A stretch of DNA of 64,000 nucleotides from Clostridiales bacterium (GTDB lineage Bacteria; Bacillota; Clostridia; Oscillospirales; Oscillospiraceae), in NCBI GenBank assembly GCA_014799565.1, contig JAAVHT010000023.1, forward strand, positions 43,561 through 107,560. Reading direction: 5' to 3'. A program made the translations under genes and the position numbers. Shown in pieces: positions 1 to 10,326 of this stretch (its first letter is position 1; the number at the start of each line of letters is the position of its first letter). The notes beneath the pieces are model-generated. The model had not been told where the DNA came from, did no database searches, and was given only the letters and a program-made list of their open reading frames with translations.

Positions 1-915
1 AAAACGGGCGTGCTTTCCATTCAGCTTGCCGGCTTCCAGCAGGGTCTTGATGTCCTCGTTTAACTGCCACTGCCAGTTTTTGCCCCGCTCCGCCACCCGG
101 CTGGACTCGGACAGGCACACGATGGCGTCCGGGGGCAGGTGATGGGCGGCGGTGGTCAATTTCGCGTATCGAGCGGGGAGTTGGCAGTCCCCCAGACGCT
201 CCCACTGGCCGTTTTCATCCCGGATGGGCAGAAGCTCGCTGACCGGCAGGAACACCGCCTTGTCCAGGTGTCCGATCCGGCGCTGGGAGGAGACGTCGAA
301 CAGGCCCATGGAGTCCACGTCCCGATCCCAGAACTCGATACGGACGGGGTCGTCCGCCCCCGGGGAGAACACGTCCAGGATGCCGCCCCGCAGGGCGAAC
401 TGGCCCACGCCCTCCACCTGCTGGCAGCGGGTGTAGCCCAGGGCGGCTAAACGGTCGGCCAGCTCGTCCAGGTCGTAGCTGCCGCTGACTTCTACGGTGA
501 CCACGTGGGCGGCCAGCTCCTCGGGGGGGAGGGTGCGCTGCAAGAGGCCCTCCACTGTGGCGGCGATGAGCTTTGTCTGCCCCTCGGCCATGGCGTGGAA
601 GGCGGCGAGGCGCTTGTGCTCCCACTGCTTGGAGGCCACCGCTCCCTCGTGGAACAAAAACTCCCGGGCCCCGATCACAGTGGCGGGAACACCGGTCAGC
701 GCTGTGACGTCGGCGGCCAAGCGGGTGCATTCCGATTCGTCCGCGCACACCAGCACCACCGGCACGTCCAGACGGGCCAGCAGGCCGGCGGCAAAATGCG
801 CCCGGTGGACGGGGGACAGCCCCGCCACCTCCACCGGCGAACGGCCTGCCTCCAGGGCGGCTTCCAGCGGCTTGTACTCCGGCACCTCATTTAAAATGTT
901 CAGCAGCAGTTTCAT
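1..915 (-). CDS. mfd: Transcription-repair coupling factor, 5' part (continues off the window)
   Basis: Manual translation from ATG at 915 gives MKLLLNILNEVPEY...YTRCQQVEGVGQFALRGGILDVFSPG...VRIEFWD, the UvrB-homology region. GAGG RBS present. The pth-mfd order is conserved in Firmicutes. Not in the ORF track. Confidence 0.9.
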   Translation of the reverse strand, partial: MKLLLNILNEVPEYKPLEAALEAGRSPVEVAGLSPVHRAHFAAGLLARLDVPVVLVCADESECTRLAADVTALTGVPATVIGAREFLFHEGAVASKQWEHKRLAAFHAMAEGQTKLIAATVEGLLQRTLPPEELAAHVVTVEVSGSYDLDELADRLAALGYTRCQQVEGVGQFALRGGILDVFSPGADDPVRIEFWDRDVDSMGLFDVSSQRRIGHLDKAVFLPVSELLPIRDENGQWERLGDCQLPARYAKLTTAAHHLPPDAIVCLSESSRVAERGKNWQWQLNEDIKTLLEAGKLNGKHARF

Positions 916-1074
916 GGGATGACCTCAAACTTGAAAAATTTGGAAATTATGAGCAGGACAATGGGAGCAGGGAGAACCAAACAGGGATGGCTCTGGGCAG
1001 GGCTGTTTCGCAGAGAGGCTCCGGTCGGCCATTCCCGGACTACGCGGTTGGGGTCGTGTTCATCCGGCGGGGGC

Positions 1075-1662
1075 TCAATTAAAGCGGTTCATGGCTTTTT
1101 GCGAGCCGTCCCGCAGGAAGCATTCCACCGCGTCGGCGGCACGCTTCACCGCTTCGTCCATCACCTTTTTGTCCTCGCCCTGGAGCTTGCCCAGCACCCA
1201 GTCCGCCATGTCGTAGTCCGGGTGGGGCTTGGAGCCTACGCCCACTTTCAGCCGGGGGAACTGGTCGGAGCCCAGGTGCTGGATGATGCTCTTCAGGCCG
1301 TTGTGCCCTCCGGCGGAGCCGCCCGTGCGGATGCGCAGCTTGCCCAGGGGCAGATCCACGTCGTCGGAGATGACCAGGACGTGGTCGGGAGCCAGCTTGT
1401 AAAACCGGGCCGCCTCGCCCACCGCCTCGCCGGACAGGTTCATATAGGTGGTGGGTTTCATCACCAGTACGCCCTGCCCGCCGATGACGGCAGTGTTGGT
1501 GAGGGCCTTGAACTTCAGGCGCTGGATGGGAAAGCGGCCCCGCTCGCCCAGCTCGTCCGCCACCAGAAAGCCCACGTTGTGGCGGGTGTTTTCGTATTTG
1601 TCGCCGGGGTTGCCCAGGCCGACCACGAGCCAGGAGACGGGGAGTTTTTTGGAGAAAAACAT
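1075..1662 (-). CDS. pth: Peptidyl-tRNA hydrolase
   Basis: VVGLGNPGDKYENTRHNVGF, KPTTYMNLSG and GGHNGLKS motifs. Confidence 0.97.
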   Translation of the reverse strand: MFFSKKLPVSWLVVGLGNPGDKYENTRHNVGFLVADELGERGRFPIQRLKFKALTNTAVIGGQGVLVMKPTTYMNLSGEAVGEAARFYKLAPDHVLVISDDVDLPLGKLRIRTGGSAGGHNGLKSIIQHLGSDQFPRLKVGVGSKPHPDYDMADWVLGKLQGEDKKVMDEAVKRAADAVECFLRDGSQKAMNRFN

Positions 1663-1729
1663 AAAAATACCTCCGGACAGGGAACAACCGCCCCGGAGCC
1701 TTGCCCCGGGGCGGATTTGTTTTTATCAT

Positions 1730-1843
1730 GGGGCCCCCGCGCGAGCCCAGCCGAAGGCGGGTCGCGTGGGGAAAGGAGGGGCAGCGCAGCGAGTGAGCTT
1801 CCGCGCCTGCGCGGAAGCGAAGGATGCGGAGCTTGCCCCGACG
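1730..1843. repeat. GC-rich multi-hairpin intergenic element (REP/MITE-like)
   Basis: Nested inverted repeats (gcttccgcgc-ct-gcgcggaagc; cgcgagcc...gggtcgcg; ggggca...tgcccc) abutting the prs stop codon. Confidence 0.5.
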
Positions 1844-2809
<966 letters not shown>

Positions 2810-3011
2810 GCTTCCTCTCTTCCTCTCTTTCATCATATGTACATCAATAATTGCGCACAAATAGATTACAGCGGTAAAGGGTACCTCAAACATTATAACA
2901 GAAACCGGGCGTTTTTGAAGGGATTTTTCTCAGTTCTGAAAAATTATAACATTGTGACGAAAGACAGGGGAGAAAAACGGGAAAAAGCGGTGAAAATGTC
3001 GAGAACATCTA

Positions 3012-3503
3012 TCAGGCGGCAGAGGGCAGCCAGCGCTGAATGCGGCGAGTCTGGTAGAGATGAACCACCTCGATGGTGGCGCAGATCTTGTCCGCCATGT
3101 TGACCACCAGCGCCTCCCGGCACCGGGGCAGATGGATGGCCAGAGGGAACATATGGGATACGATGGCGTTTTTCTCCTTGTCGCTCAGGTCGGGGCACAG
3201 AGCGGTGGCGTTGCGCAGGGCAAACTCCGGGTGATCCAGGCACTGGTTGCCCGGATGGGCGGAGGCGTCCCAGGGATCATATAAGTACAAGTCATGGAGC
3301 AGCCCCGCCCGGGCGGCGGCCCGGTAGTCCCAGCCAAAGTACCGGGCCAGCCGGAAGGCCATGTAGGACACGAACAGGGAGTGCTGATAACAGGTGATGG
3401 AGAAGTGATGCCGCCACTGCTTCATGGAGTTGACCTGGTCGCTTTCCAACAGAGGAGCGACACACTGGAGAAAGGCGGCGGTGTTCAGGTCGTGCTTGGA
3501 CAT
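3012..3503 (-). CDS. HD-domain phosphohydrolase
   Basis: H...GLLHD...DHPE...SHMFP...ADK pattern; AGAAAGGAG RBS. Confidence 0.85.
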   Translation of the reverse strand: MSKHDLNTAAFLQCVAPLLESDQVNSMKQWRHHFSITCYQHSLFVSYMAFRLARYFGWDYRAAARAGLLHDLYLYDPWDASAHPGNQCLDHPEFALRNATALCPDLSDKEKNAIVSHMFPLAIHLPRCREALVVNMADKICATIEVVHLYQTRRIQRWLPSAA

Positions 3504-3672
3504 TCGGGAAAGACTCCTTTCTGAATTGGGTGTTGAAACGAGTCGAATTTGGCTTTTTGAAGGTTTGCCGGCCCCGATTCAGGCCGTGCGAGACCATTAT
3601 AACAGGCCGGAATCCGTTTGTCAGCACTCTTTTGTAAAAATTCTTAGGAAGATTTGGAAAATTTTTCTTCCC

Positions 3673-3725
3673 TTGACAGGAGCTGTCCGCCATGATATGA
3701 TAACTGTACTAGTACGGATAATACA
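3673..3725 (+). promoter_or_regulatory. Sigma-A promoter with YtrA-type operator
   Basis: TTGACA(3673)-17 bp-TATGAT(3696), then TGTA-N13-TACA (3705-3725), which matches the YtrA-subfamily GntR site. Confidence 0.75.
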
Positions 3726-3747
3726 ATTGTCGAAAGGAGGCGGGGCC

Positions 3748-4116
3748 ATGCTCAGCCTGAATTACCGGGACAGCCGCCCCATCTACGAGCAGGTGCGGGA
3801 CGGGCTGCGCCGGCTCATCATCACGGGGGCTATCCCAGCCGGGGATAAGCTGCCCTCTGTCCGGGCTATGGCGGGACAGCTGGCCATCAACCCCAACACC
3901 ATCCAGCGGGCCTATGAGTCGCTGGAGCAGGAGGGCTATGCCTACTCGGTGCCGGGGAAGGGGAGCTTTGCCGCTTTGCCCCAGGACGTCACCGACAAGC
4001 GCCGGGAGGAGCTGCTGGCCAAGCTGGATGCCATTGTCCAGGAGCTGGTGTACCTTGGTATGACGCCGGCGGAGATTGGGGCACGCTGCGCCGCGTGGAA
4101 GGAGGAAACGAAATGA
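3748..4116 (+). CDS. GntR family regulator, YtrA subfamily
   Basis: PIYEQV...GDKLPSVRAMA...INPNTIQRAYESLE...GKGSF; short C-terminus; AAAGGAGG RBS. Confidence 0.93.
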   Translation: MLSLNYRDSRPIYEQVRDGLRRLIITGAIPAGDKLPSVRAMAGQLAINPNTIQRAYESLEQEGYAYSVPGKGSFAALPQDVTDKRREELLAKLDAIVQELVYLGMTPAEIGARCAAWKEETK

Positions 4117-5015
4117 TCGAAGTCAAAAACGTGGTCAAGAGCTTTGATGGCTTCCACGCCCTGGACGGGCTGACCATGACGGTGCCCAAGGGCGCTATCT
4201 ACGGACTGGTGGGGCCCAACGGGGCGGGCAAGTCCACCATCCTGCGCCACCTGTGCGGGGCCTACCGCCAGGACTCCGGCGAGATTATGCTGGAGGGCGC
4301 GCCCATCTATGAAAACCCCGCTGTCAAGACCCGCATGGCGGTCATACCCGACGAGCTGTACTACTTCGGCTCCGCCTCCACCCGGGACATGATGAAGTTT
4401 TATAAGGGGATCTACCCCAACTTTGATGTGGAGCGCTACCAGCGCTTAAAAGAGGCTTTCCCCGAGGTGGACGAGAAGCGGGCTATCCGCCGCCTGTCCA
4501 AGGGGATGCAGAAGCAGTCCGCATTCTGGCTGGCCCTGAGCTGCAAGCCCGACTACCTGCTGCTGGACGAGCCGGTGGACGGGCTGGATCCGGTGATGCG
4601 GCGGCAGGTGTGGTCGCTGCTCATGGGGGACGTGGCCGAGCGGGGCACCACGGTGCTGGTGTCCTCCCACAACCTGCGGGAGCTGGAGGACGTGTGCGAC
4701 CACGTGGGCATCCTGAGCCACGGCAAGGTGGCACTGGAGCGGTCGCTGACCGAATTGCAGGGCGGCACTGTCAAGGTGCAGATCGCCTTTGAGACGGAGA
4801 CGCCTCCCGAGCTGCCGGAGGATCTGCACATCATCCACACCAGCAACGTGGGCCGGGTGTACACCTACATCGTCCGGGGGACGGCGGAAGAGGTCACGGC
4901 GAAATTCAAGCCGCTGAACCCCCTGTTCGCTGACGCGCTCCCCCTGACGCTGGAGGAGATCTTTATCTATGAAATGGGAGGTGAGGACTATGCGGTCCGT
5001 GACATCGTACTTTGA
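4113..5015 (+). CDS. ABC transporter ATP-binding protein (YtrB-like)
   Basis: Walker A GPNGAGKST, LSKGM signature, LLLDEP, SSH; overlaps the GntR stop. Confidence 0.95.
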   Translation: MIEVKNVVKSFDGFHALDGLTMTVPKGAIYGLVGPNGAGKSTILRHLCGAYRQDSGEIMLEGAPIYENPAVKTRMAVIPDELYYFGSASTRDMMKFYKGIYPNFDVERYQRLKEAFPEVDEKRAIRRLSKGMQKQSAFWLALSCKPDYLLLDEPVDGLDPVMRRQVWSLLMGDVAERGTTVLVSSHNLRELEDVCDHVGILSHGKVALERSLTELQGGTVKVQIAFETETPPELPEDLHIIHTSNVGRVYTYIVRGTAEEVTAKFKPLNPLFADALPLTLEEIFIYEMGGEDYAVRDIVL

Positions 5016-6873
5016 TTGGACGGTCTTCAAGAAAACCATCTGCCGCTTCTGGCCGCTGTGGGGGGCGTACTTCGCCATCTGGCTGGTGTCGCTGCCCCTC
5101 AGCGGGCTGATGATGCTGCGCATGGAGGCCAACGCCTACCCGGGGGTTACCGGCGGATACATGGAGAATTTTGCCTTCAGCCAGGTGCCTGGGACGGTGG
5201 GGAATGAATGCCTGACGCTGGCGGTGATTTTCGGCGTGCTGGCGGCCATGGCGGTGTTCAGCCACCTCTATAACGCCCGCTCGGCCAACCTGTTTGGCTC
5301 CCTGCCCATCCGGCGGGAGGGGCTGTTTATCACCCACTACCTGGCGGGGCTTTGCTTCCTGATCGTGCCCAACGCGGTTATTTTCCTGCTCTGCCTGCTG
5401 GTGGAGCTGGCGGGGGGCGTGGTGTGCTGGCAGGGACTGCTGTTCTGGCTGGCGGCGAGCTGCGGGGAGTGCTTCTTCTTCTACTCCATGGCGGTGTTCT
5501 GCGCCATGTTCACCGGGCATATCCTGGCCCTGCCCGCCTTTTACACCATCCTCAACGGCCTTGCCATCGGGATCACGGTTCTGGTGCAGCTGGTGCTTTC
5601 GGCGTTCTATTACGGCTACTGTGACTACGGGGTGCCCAAGCTTGTGGAGTGGCTCACCCCGGCGGCGAAGCTAAGCGAGACGGTATTTTCCTCTTGGAAC
5701 TGGGTGCCTACCGACCAGGCGGCAGGGGTAATTGAGGAGGCCGGTCTGACCGAGCGGGTGCTGGAAACCCATGGCCTGGGCACGGTGGGCATCTACGCCC
5801 TGGCGGCGGCGGTGCTGACGGGGTGCGCCTTCCTTCTCTACCGGGCCCGGCGGCTGGAGAGCGCCGGGGACGTGGTGGCCGTCAACCCCATGAAGCCCGT
5901 GTTCAAGTACGGCGTGGCCTTCTGCGCGGGGCTTGCCCTGGGCGTGGGCACCACGGCCGTCACCGGCGGCGGGGAGATCACCCTGATTATCGCCATCGTG
6001 GTCTGGGGGGTGATCGGCTGCTTCATCGCCCAGATGCTGCTGGACAAATCCTTCAAGGTGTTCCGCAAGTGGAAGGGAGCGGCAGTCGTGGCGGCGGTGC
6101 TGGCCGCGCTGTCCCTGACGGTGAAGCTCGACCTCACCGGGTTTGAGACCCGCATACCCGACCCGGCCAGCGTGGGCAGCGTGTCTATTAATGGGCTCAA
6201 CGCGGTATACCTGGGCGACGATGGGGATTACACCCAGAAGGATATCACGGATCCGGAGATCATCAAGCTGGTCACCATCCTCCACCGGGAGGCGGTGGCC
6301 CAGCGGGATGAGGAGCGGCAGACCCAGGCCATGCTGGGGGGCGTACACACCAGCCTGAGCCTGAAATACACGCTGAGTGAGGGAGGCTCCTTCAGCCGGA
6401 GGTATTCCCTGTGGCTGAATCCGGACGAGGTCAACCAGGAGGGCACCGCCGCATGGGCGCTCCAACAGATCTACAATAACAGGGAGCTCTACTGGCAGGT
6501 GTATGGCTTCGACACCCTGGAGGAACGGCTGGACACCCCGGGCTGGCGGCTGGATCAGGCGCGGTATCAGTATTACGATTACGAAAAGGAATACATGGAC
6601 GATCCCGCGCGGTACTATTACAGCGGGGACGCCCGAGCGCTGTACGAGGCGGTGAAGGAGGACTTCTTCGCCGGACGCATCGGCGTGCGCACCCTGACGG
6701 GGGACGACAGCGGCCAGTCGCACAGCCGGGGGTACGAGCGGGAGATTCGGTTCGAGATGGCCAACGAAAACGGCTACGGGTGGAGCGTCACCATCTTTGT
6801 GCAGGACACGGCTTCCAGCACGCTAACGGAGCTGGATCGGCTGGCGGAGAAGGGTGCCGGAGAGGGGCAATAA
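4990..6873 (+). CDS. ABC transporter permease (YtrC-like) with a large C-terminal domain
   Basis: Many hydrophobic helices, SLPIRREGLF motif, third gene of the GntR-ABC operon. Confidence 0.8.
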   Translation: MRSVTSYFDWTVFKKTICRFWPLWGAYFAIWLVSLPLSGLMMLRMEANAYPGVTGGYMENFAFSQVPGTVGNECLTLAVIFGVLAAMAVFSHLYNARSANLFGSLPIRREGLFITHYLAGLCFLIVPNAVIFLLCLLVELAGGVVCWQGLLFWLAASCGECFFFYSMAVFCAMFTGHILALPAFYTILNGLAIGITVLVQLVLSAFYYGYCDYGVPKLVEWLTPAAKLSETVFSSWNWVPTDQAAGVIEEAGLTERVLETHGLGTVGIYALAAAVLTGCAFLLYRARRLESAGDVVAVNPMKPVFKYGVAFCAGLALGVGTTAVTGGGEITLIIAIVVWGVIGCFIAQMLLDKSFKVFRKWKGAAVVAAVLAALSLTVKLDLTGFETRIPDPASVGSVSINGLNAVYLGDDGDYTQKDITDPEIIKLVTILHREAVAQRDEERQTQAMLGGVHTSLSLKYTLSEGGSFSRRYSLWLNPDEVNQEGTAAWALQQIYNNRELYWQVYGFDTLEERLDTPGWRLDQARYQYYDYEKEYMDDPARYYYSGDARALYEAVKEDFFAGRIGVRTLTGDDSGQSHSRGYEREIRFEMANENGYGWSVTIFVQDTASSTLTELDRLAEKGAGEGQ

Positions 6874-6897
6874 CCGCGGTCTTGTAAATTTTGATTG

Positions 6898-6937
6898 AAA
6901 CAGCCGCCTTGCGGGCTTTGCAAGGCGGCTGTTTTTT
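6898..6937 (+). terminator. Intrinsic terminator
   Basis: aaacagccgccttgc / gcaaggcggctgttt stem followed by a T run. Confidence 0.75.
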
Positions 6938-6992
6938 GGTATAATGAGAAAAATGCGCCCCGCCCAGGCGGGGATAACGAGGAGGACAAACC

Positions 6993-7574
6993 ATGCCAGG
7001 GAAAGAGGAATTCATCGAGATTTACCAAGAGCATATACACCGGGAGGGCTCCGCCGAGCTGCTGGATTACTTAGAGAACAAGAGCGACTTTTTCACTGCC
7101 CCCGCCTCCGCCCGGTACCACGGTTCCTACGCCGGGGGGCTGTGCGACCACAGCGTCAACGTGTTCCGCTGTTTGGAGGCGTACCTGGCCCGGGATCGGG
7201 TGCGCGAGGTCTACGGAGTGGAGTACCCCATGGAGTCCGTGGCCATCGCGGCGCTGCTCCACGATTTGTGCAAGATCGGGTGCTACAAGGCAGGCACCCG
7301 CAACGTGAAGGACGACGCCACCGGCAAATGGGAGAAAGTCCCCACCTTCTTCTATGAGGACAAGCTGCCCTACGGCCACGGGGAAAAGAGCGTGTACATC
7401 GTCTCCGGGTTCATGCGGCTCACCCGGGAGGAGGCCATGGCCATCCGCTGGCACATGGGCTTCTCCGGCATCGAGGACAGCCGGATGGTGGGCCAGGCCC
7501 TCCAGCAGTACCCGCTGGCCTTCGCCCTGGCCACGGCGGACATGGAGGCGTCCTATTTCCTGGAGGGGAAATGA
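6993..7574 (+). CDS. HD-domain hydrolase (YhaM-like HD domain)
   Basis: APASARYHGSYAGGLCDHS, LLHDLCKIG, GHGEKS, AIRWHMG; GGAGG RBS. Confidence 0.85.
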   Translation: MPGKEEFIEIYQEHIHREGSAELLDYLENKSDFFTAPASARYHGSYAGGLCDHSVNVFRCLEAYLARDRVREVYGVEYPMESVAIAALLHDLCKIGCYKAGTRNVKDDATGKWEKVPTFFYEDKLPYGHGEKSVYIVSGFMRLTREEAMAIRWHMGFSGIEDSRMVGQALQQYPLAFALATADMEASYFLEGK

Positions 7575-7725
7575 GGGAACCCCTCCCCCCGCGACGCGGG
7601 GGGAGGGGTTTTGCGATTGCCCCAGCGGATCTGGGGGCATCCTGTTTTTTGGAAAAGGCGTGAGGCAAGCCCCCTTCCCCGCACTGCGGGGAGGGGGCTT
7701 TTTTCATCAAAATTGGGCCCCGCCC

Positions 7726-7751
7726 GTCAGATTTGAGGGGGCTGCCGCGTC
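7726..7751 (+). promoter_or_regulatory. Putative autoregulated ECF promoter
   Basis: GTCAGA-N16-CGTC directly upstream of the ECF sigma gene. Confidence 0.45.
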
Positions 7752-7795
7752 TTATCCATGAAGCTTCAAAACGTGACGCAAAAGAGGTGAACCCC

Positions 7796-8287
7796 ATGAC
7801 ACAGGAGGAGTTCCTGGCGATCTTCGATCAATACCGCCCCATGGTGTACGCTCTGGCGCTGAGCTGCACCCGCTCGCCCCAGGACGCGGAGGACGTGTGC
7901 CAGACGGCGTTCCTGCGCCTGCTGGAGCGGCCCCCGGCGCAGGGGAAAGAGAAGGCCTGGCTGGCCCAGGTGACGGTGAACGAGTGCCGCAGCTTGCTGC
8001 GCGCCCCCTGGCGGAAACGCCGGGTGGAGCTGGAGGAGGGGGTGCTGGAAAGCCTCAGCTTTGAGCAGCCAGAGGAGGGGGCGCTGTGGACGGCGCTGGG
8101 GTCGCTGCCCCCGGATCAGCGGGCGCTGATCCATCTGCGGTACTACGAGGGGTTCACCGTGGCCGAGCTGGCGGGGCAGTACCGCGTGCCGGCGTCGGTC
8201 ATCTCCGCCCGGCTGTACCGGGCCAAGAAACAGCTGAAAAAACGATTGGAGGGATCGGATCATGGATCAATATCGCAGAATGTTTGA
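7796..8287 (+). CDS. ECF RNA polymerase sigma factor
   Basis: DAEDVCQTAFLRL, KAWLAQVTVNEC, LRYYEGFTVAELA, RLYRAKKQLK. Confidence 0.92.
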   Translation: MTQEEFLAIFDQYRPMVYALALSCTRSPQDAEDVCQTAFLRLLERPPAQGKEKAWLAQVTVNECRSLLRAPWRKRRVELEEGVLESLSFEQPEEGALWTALGSLPPDQRALIHLRYYEGFTVAELAGQYRVPASVISARLYRAKKQLKKRLEGSDHGSISQNV

Positions 8288-9425
8288 CCAGGCGGTGGAG
8301 CAGCTTGGGCCGGGGCAGGACAAGGTGGACGCGCTGCGCGGGTCGCTGGCCCGCCGGTGCCTGAACGGACAGACGGAGGAGGTCATACCCGTGAAGAAAC
8401 ACACTGGGCTTTTGCGCGGCGCGGTCATCGCGGCGGCGGTGATGCTGATGCTGTCCGTTACGGCGGCGGCGGTGGCCATCGGGCAGAGGCAGCAGATTGC
8501 CAAAATATCCAGCTCCGATGAGATCGGCGTATTTGAACTGGACGGACGGTACTATTTTAAGCCCACGGAGGACGGCGAACTCATCGACATCACCGGGCAG
8601 TTCTCCGACACGACGCCCTATGTCTACGCCCCCCAGCTGCCGCCCGATGAGGTTGGCAACCTGACAGAGTATGTGATCGGCGGCTCCGGCGATCATATCG
8701 GCTGTGTGCTCGCCCTGTACCACGAGGGTGAGGAGACGTTTTCCAGCATCATGACGGTCAGTTTGACTGGCACCAGCCAGGGGACAGGCAGCCCCCTTTG
8801 GTGGCGGGCCTACTGCGAGGAGCACGGCAACCCCGACAGCCTCCTGAACTTCCAGGACGGCTTCGACTACCCCAGCGTCCCCCGTAAGACGGACTGCTTC
8901 CAGCTGTCGCTGGACGGCTTGACGGTGGATGAACAGACCGGGGCGGTCATACTGACCGTGAACGGCGAAACGCGGGACATCACTGCCGAGCTGGACGGAG
9001 GAACGCCTTATGTCCTCACGGTGGAGGGGAGGGAGCACGCCCTCATCGCCTGGGGTGACGAGTCCCTGCTGCCTGACGCGGATGATCCTGACAACAAGGC
9101 GGCGACCAAAGCCTATTACGCCAGCTTCGTCTACGGCCCCAACACCCACGACATCCTGGTATACCGGGACGGGGATCAGGTGCGGTATGCCGAATTCATC
9201 TACCGGCAGGAGGGTACCCTGCGCTATTGGACGGCCTGGAACTGCCCCACCGCCGCCCAGCTGAGCTGGCTGGAGGAGTACACCGCCCGGCATGGCTTTG
9301 AGCTGGACTGGCTCGTGGGCCACGCCTATGAGGATATGGCCGATGATCCGTTCCGCTATGGCAACAGCTTCCCCACCTGGGATACCGTGGAGAGGGCACG
9401 GCAGGAGCTGGAAGAACAGCCGTGA
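8262..9425 (+). CDS. Putative anti-sigma factor (short cytoplasmic N-terminus, TM helix, duplicated extracellular domain)
   Basis: Overlaps the sigma stop; single hydrophobic segment at about residues 50-72; acidic C-terminal region. Confidence 0.7.
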   Translation: MDQYRRMFDQAVEQLGPGQDKVDALRGSLARRCLNGQTEEVIPVKKHTGLLRGAVIAAAVMLMLSVTAAAVAIGQRQQIAKISSSDEIGVFELDGRYYFKPTEDGELIDITGQFSDTTPYVYAPQLPPDEVGNLTEYVIGGSGDHIGCVLALYHEGEETFSSIMTVSLTGTSQGTGSPLWWRAYCEEHGNPDSLLNFQDGFDYPSVPRKTDCFQLSLDGLTVDEQTGAVILTVNGETRDITAELDGGTPYVLTVEGREHALIAWGDESLLPDADDPDNKAATKAYYASFVYGPNTHDILVYRDGDQVRYAEFIYRQEGTLRYWTAWNCPTAAQLSWLEEYTARHGFELDWLVGHAYEDMADDPFRYGNSFPTWDTVERARQELEEQP

Positions 9426-9464
9426 CGGCTCATCGGAACAGCGCTCGGACGATCAAATGCAAGA

Positions 9465-9496
9465 AAAGCTCCCCCGGCGAAAACCGGGGGAGCTTT
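9465..9496. terminator. Bidirectional terminator
   Basis: aaagctcccccgg / ccgggggagcttt between convergent genes. Confidence 0.75.
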
Positions 9497-9500
9497 GTTG

Positions 9501-10313
9501 TCAATAGCGCTTGTCCAAAATTTCAATGGCCTGGGCCACGGCGTGGTCGTCGCAGCTGTCCAGGAGCCGCGCCCCCCAGTCCTTCACCGGCTGGGAGCAG
9601 TTGGACGGGGCGAAGGGGATGGCGCTCAGCGCCAGCATGGGGATGTCGTTCTGGTTGTCCCCGATGCAATAGAGGTTTTCCCGGGAAACGCCCAGCAGCT
9701 CCGCCGCCTTTGCCACCGCCGTCCCCTTGTGGCTGCCCTTGGCGGTGACCTCCAGCAGATAGGGGTTGGAGAAGATGGCCTCGTAATTGTCATCCCAGCG
9801 CTGGAGGAGGCGGGCCTGTACCTCCTTCAGATAGGGTTCATCCTGTTCCAGGATCACTTTCGTCCAGGGGGTGGGCATCTCTGGGATGGCGCAGGGGGTC
9901 TGCCGCCCGCCCACCCGCTTCAAATGCTCCGTGGTCACCAGGTTGGGGTTGTAGACATAGATGCTGTCATCGTGGTACGCCTCCAGGGCCAGGTCGGGGA
10001 AGTCCTGGAACAGCTCCACAAACCGGGCGGGGGCGGCTTCGTCCAGGAAGGTGCGCATCAGGTAGCGGTCTTGGTCGTAATCGTAGAGGGCCGCGCCGTT
10101 GGACAGCACCACCGGGGCGTTGAGGGAGAGGTTCTCCAGGGCGATCTGGGGGGTAAAGGTGCGGTGGGCCCGGCCGGTGGCCACGGAAAACCGCCCGCCG
10201 TTCTCCTGGAAATAGCGGATGGCGGCGTGGTTCTCCGGGGAGACGGTGTGCGCGCTATTATATAAGGTATCGTCATAATCGCTGTATAACAGCACGCCGT
10301 CAAATTTGCCCAC
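9501..10313 (-). CDS. Cof-type HAD-IIB hydrolase
   Basis: DYDDTL, ATGR, SNGA, KGTA, IGDNQNDIPML motifs. Confidence 0.92.
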   Translation of the reverse strand: MGKFDGVLLYSDYDDTLYNSAHTVSPENHAAIRYFQENGGRFSVATGRAHRTFTPQIALENLSLNAPVVLSNGAALYDYDQDRYLMRTFLDEAAPARFVELFQDFPDLALEAYHDDSIYVYNPNLVTTEHLKRVGGRQTPCAIPEMPTPWTKVILEQDEPYLKEVQARLLQRWDDNYEAIFSNPYLLEVTAKGSHKGTAVAKAAELLGVSRENLYCIGDNQNDIPMLALSAIPFAPSNCSQPVKDWGARLLDSCDDHAVAQAIEILDKRY

Positions 10314-10326
10314 GTAAAATCAGTCC

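Noticed and set aside
916-1074. pth-mfd intergenic region as a hidden ORF or ncRNA
   Set aside because: Only very short ORFs and no recognisable RNA motif or convincing long stem.
3504-3600. Possible c-di-GMP-I riboswitch upstream of the HD gene (ggcaaacc on the minus strand)
   Set aside because: Lacks the GAAA tetraloop stem and the following GACGCAAA/P3 elements.
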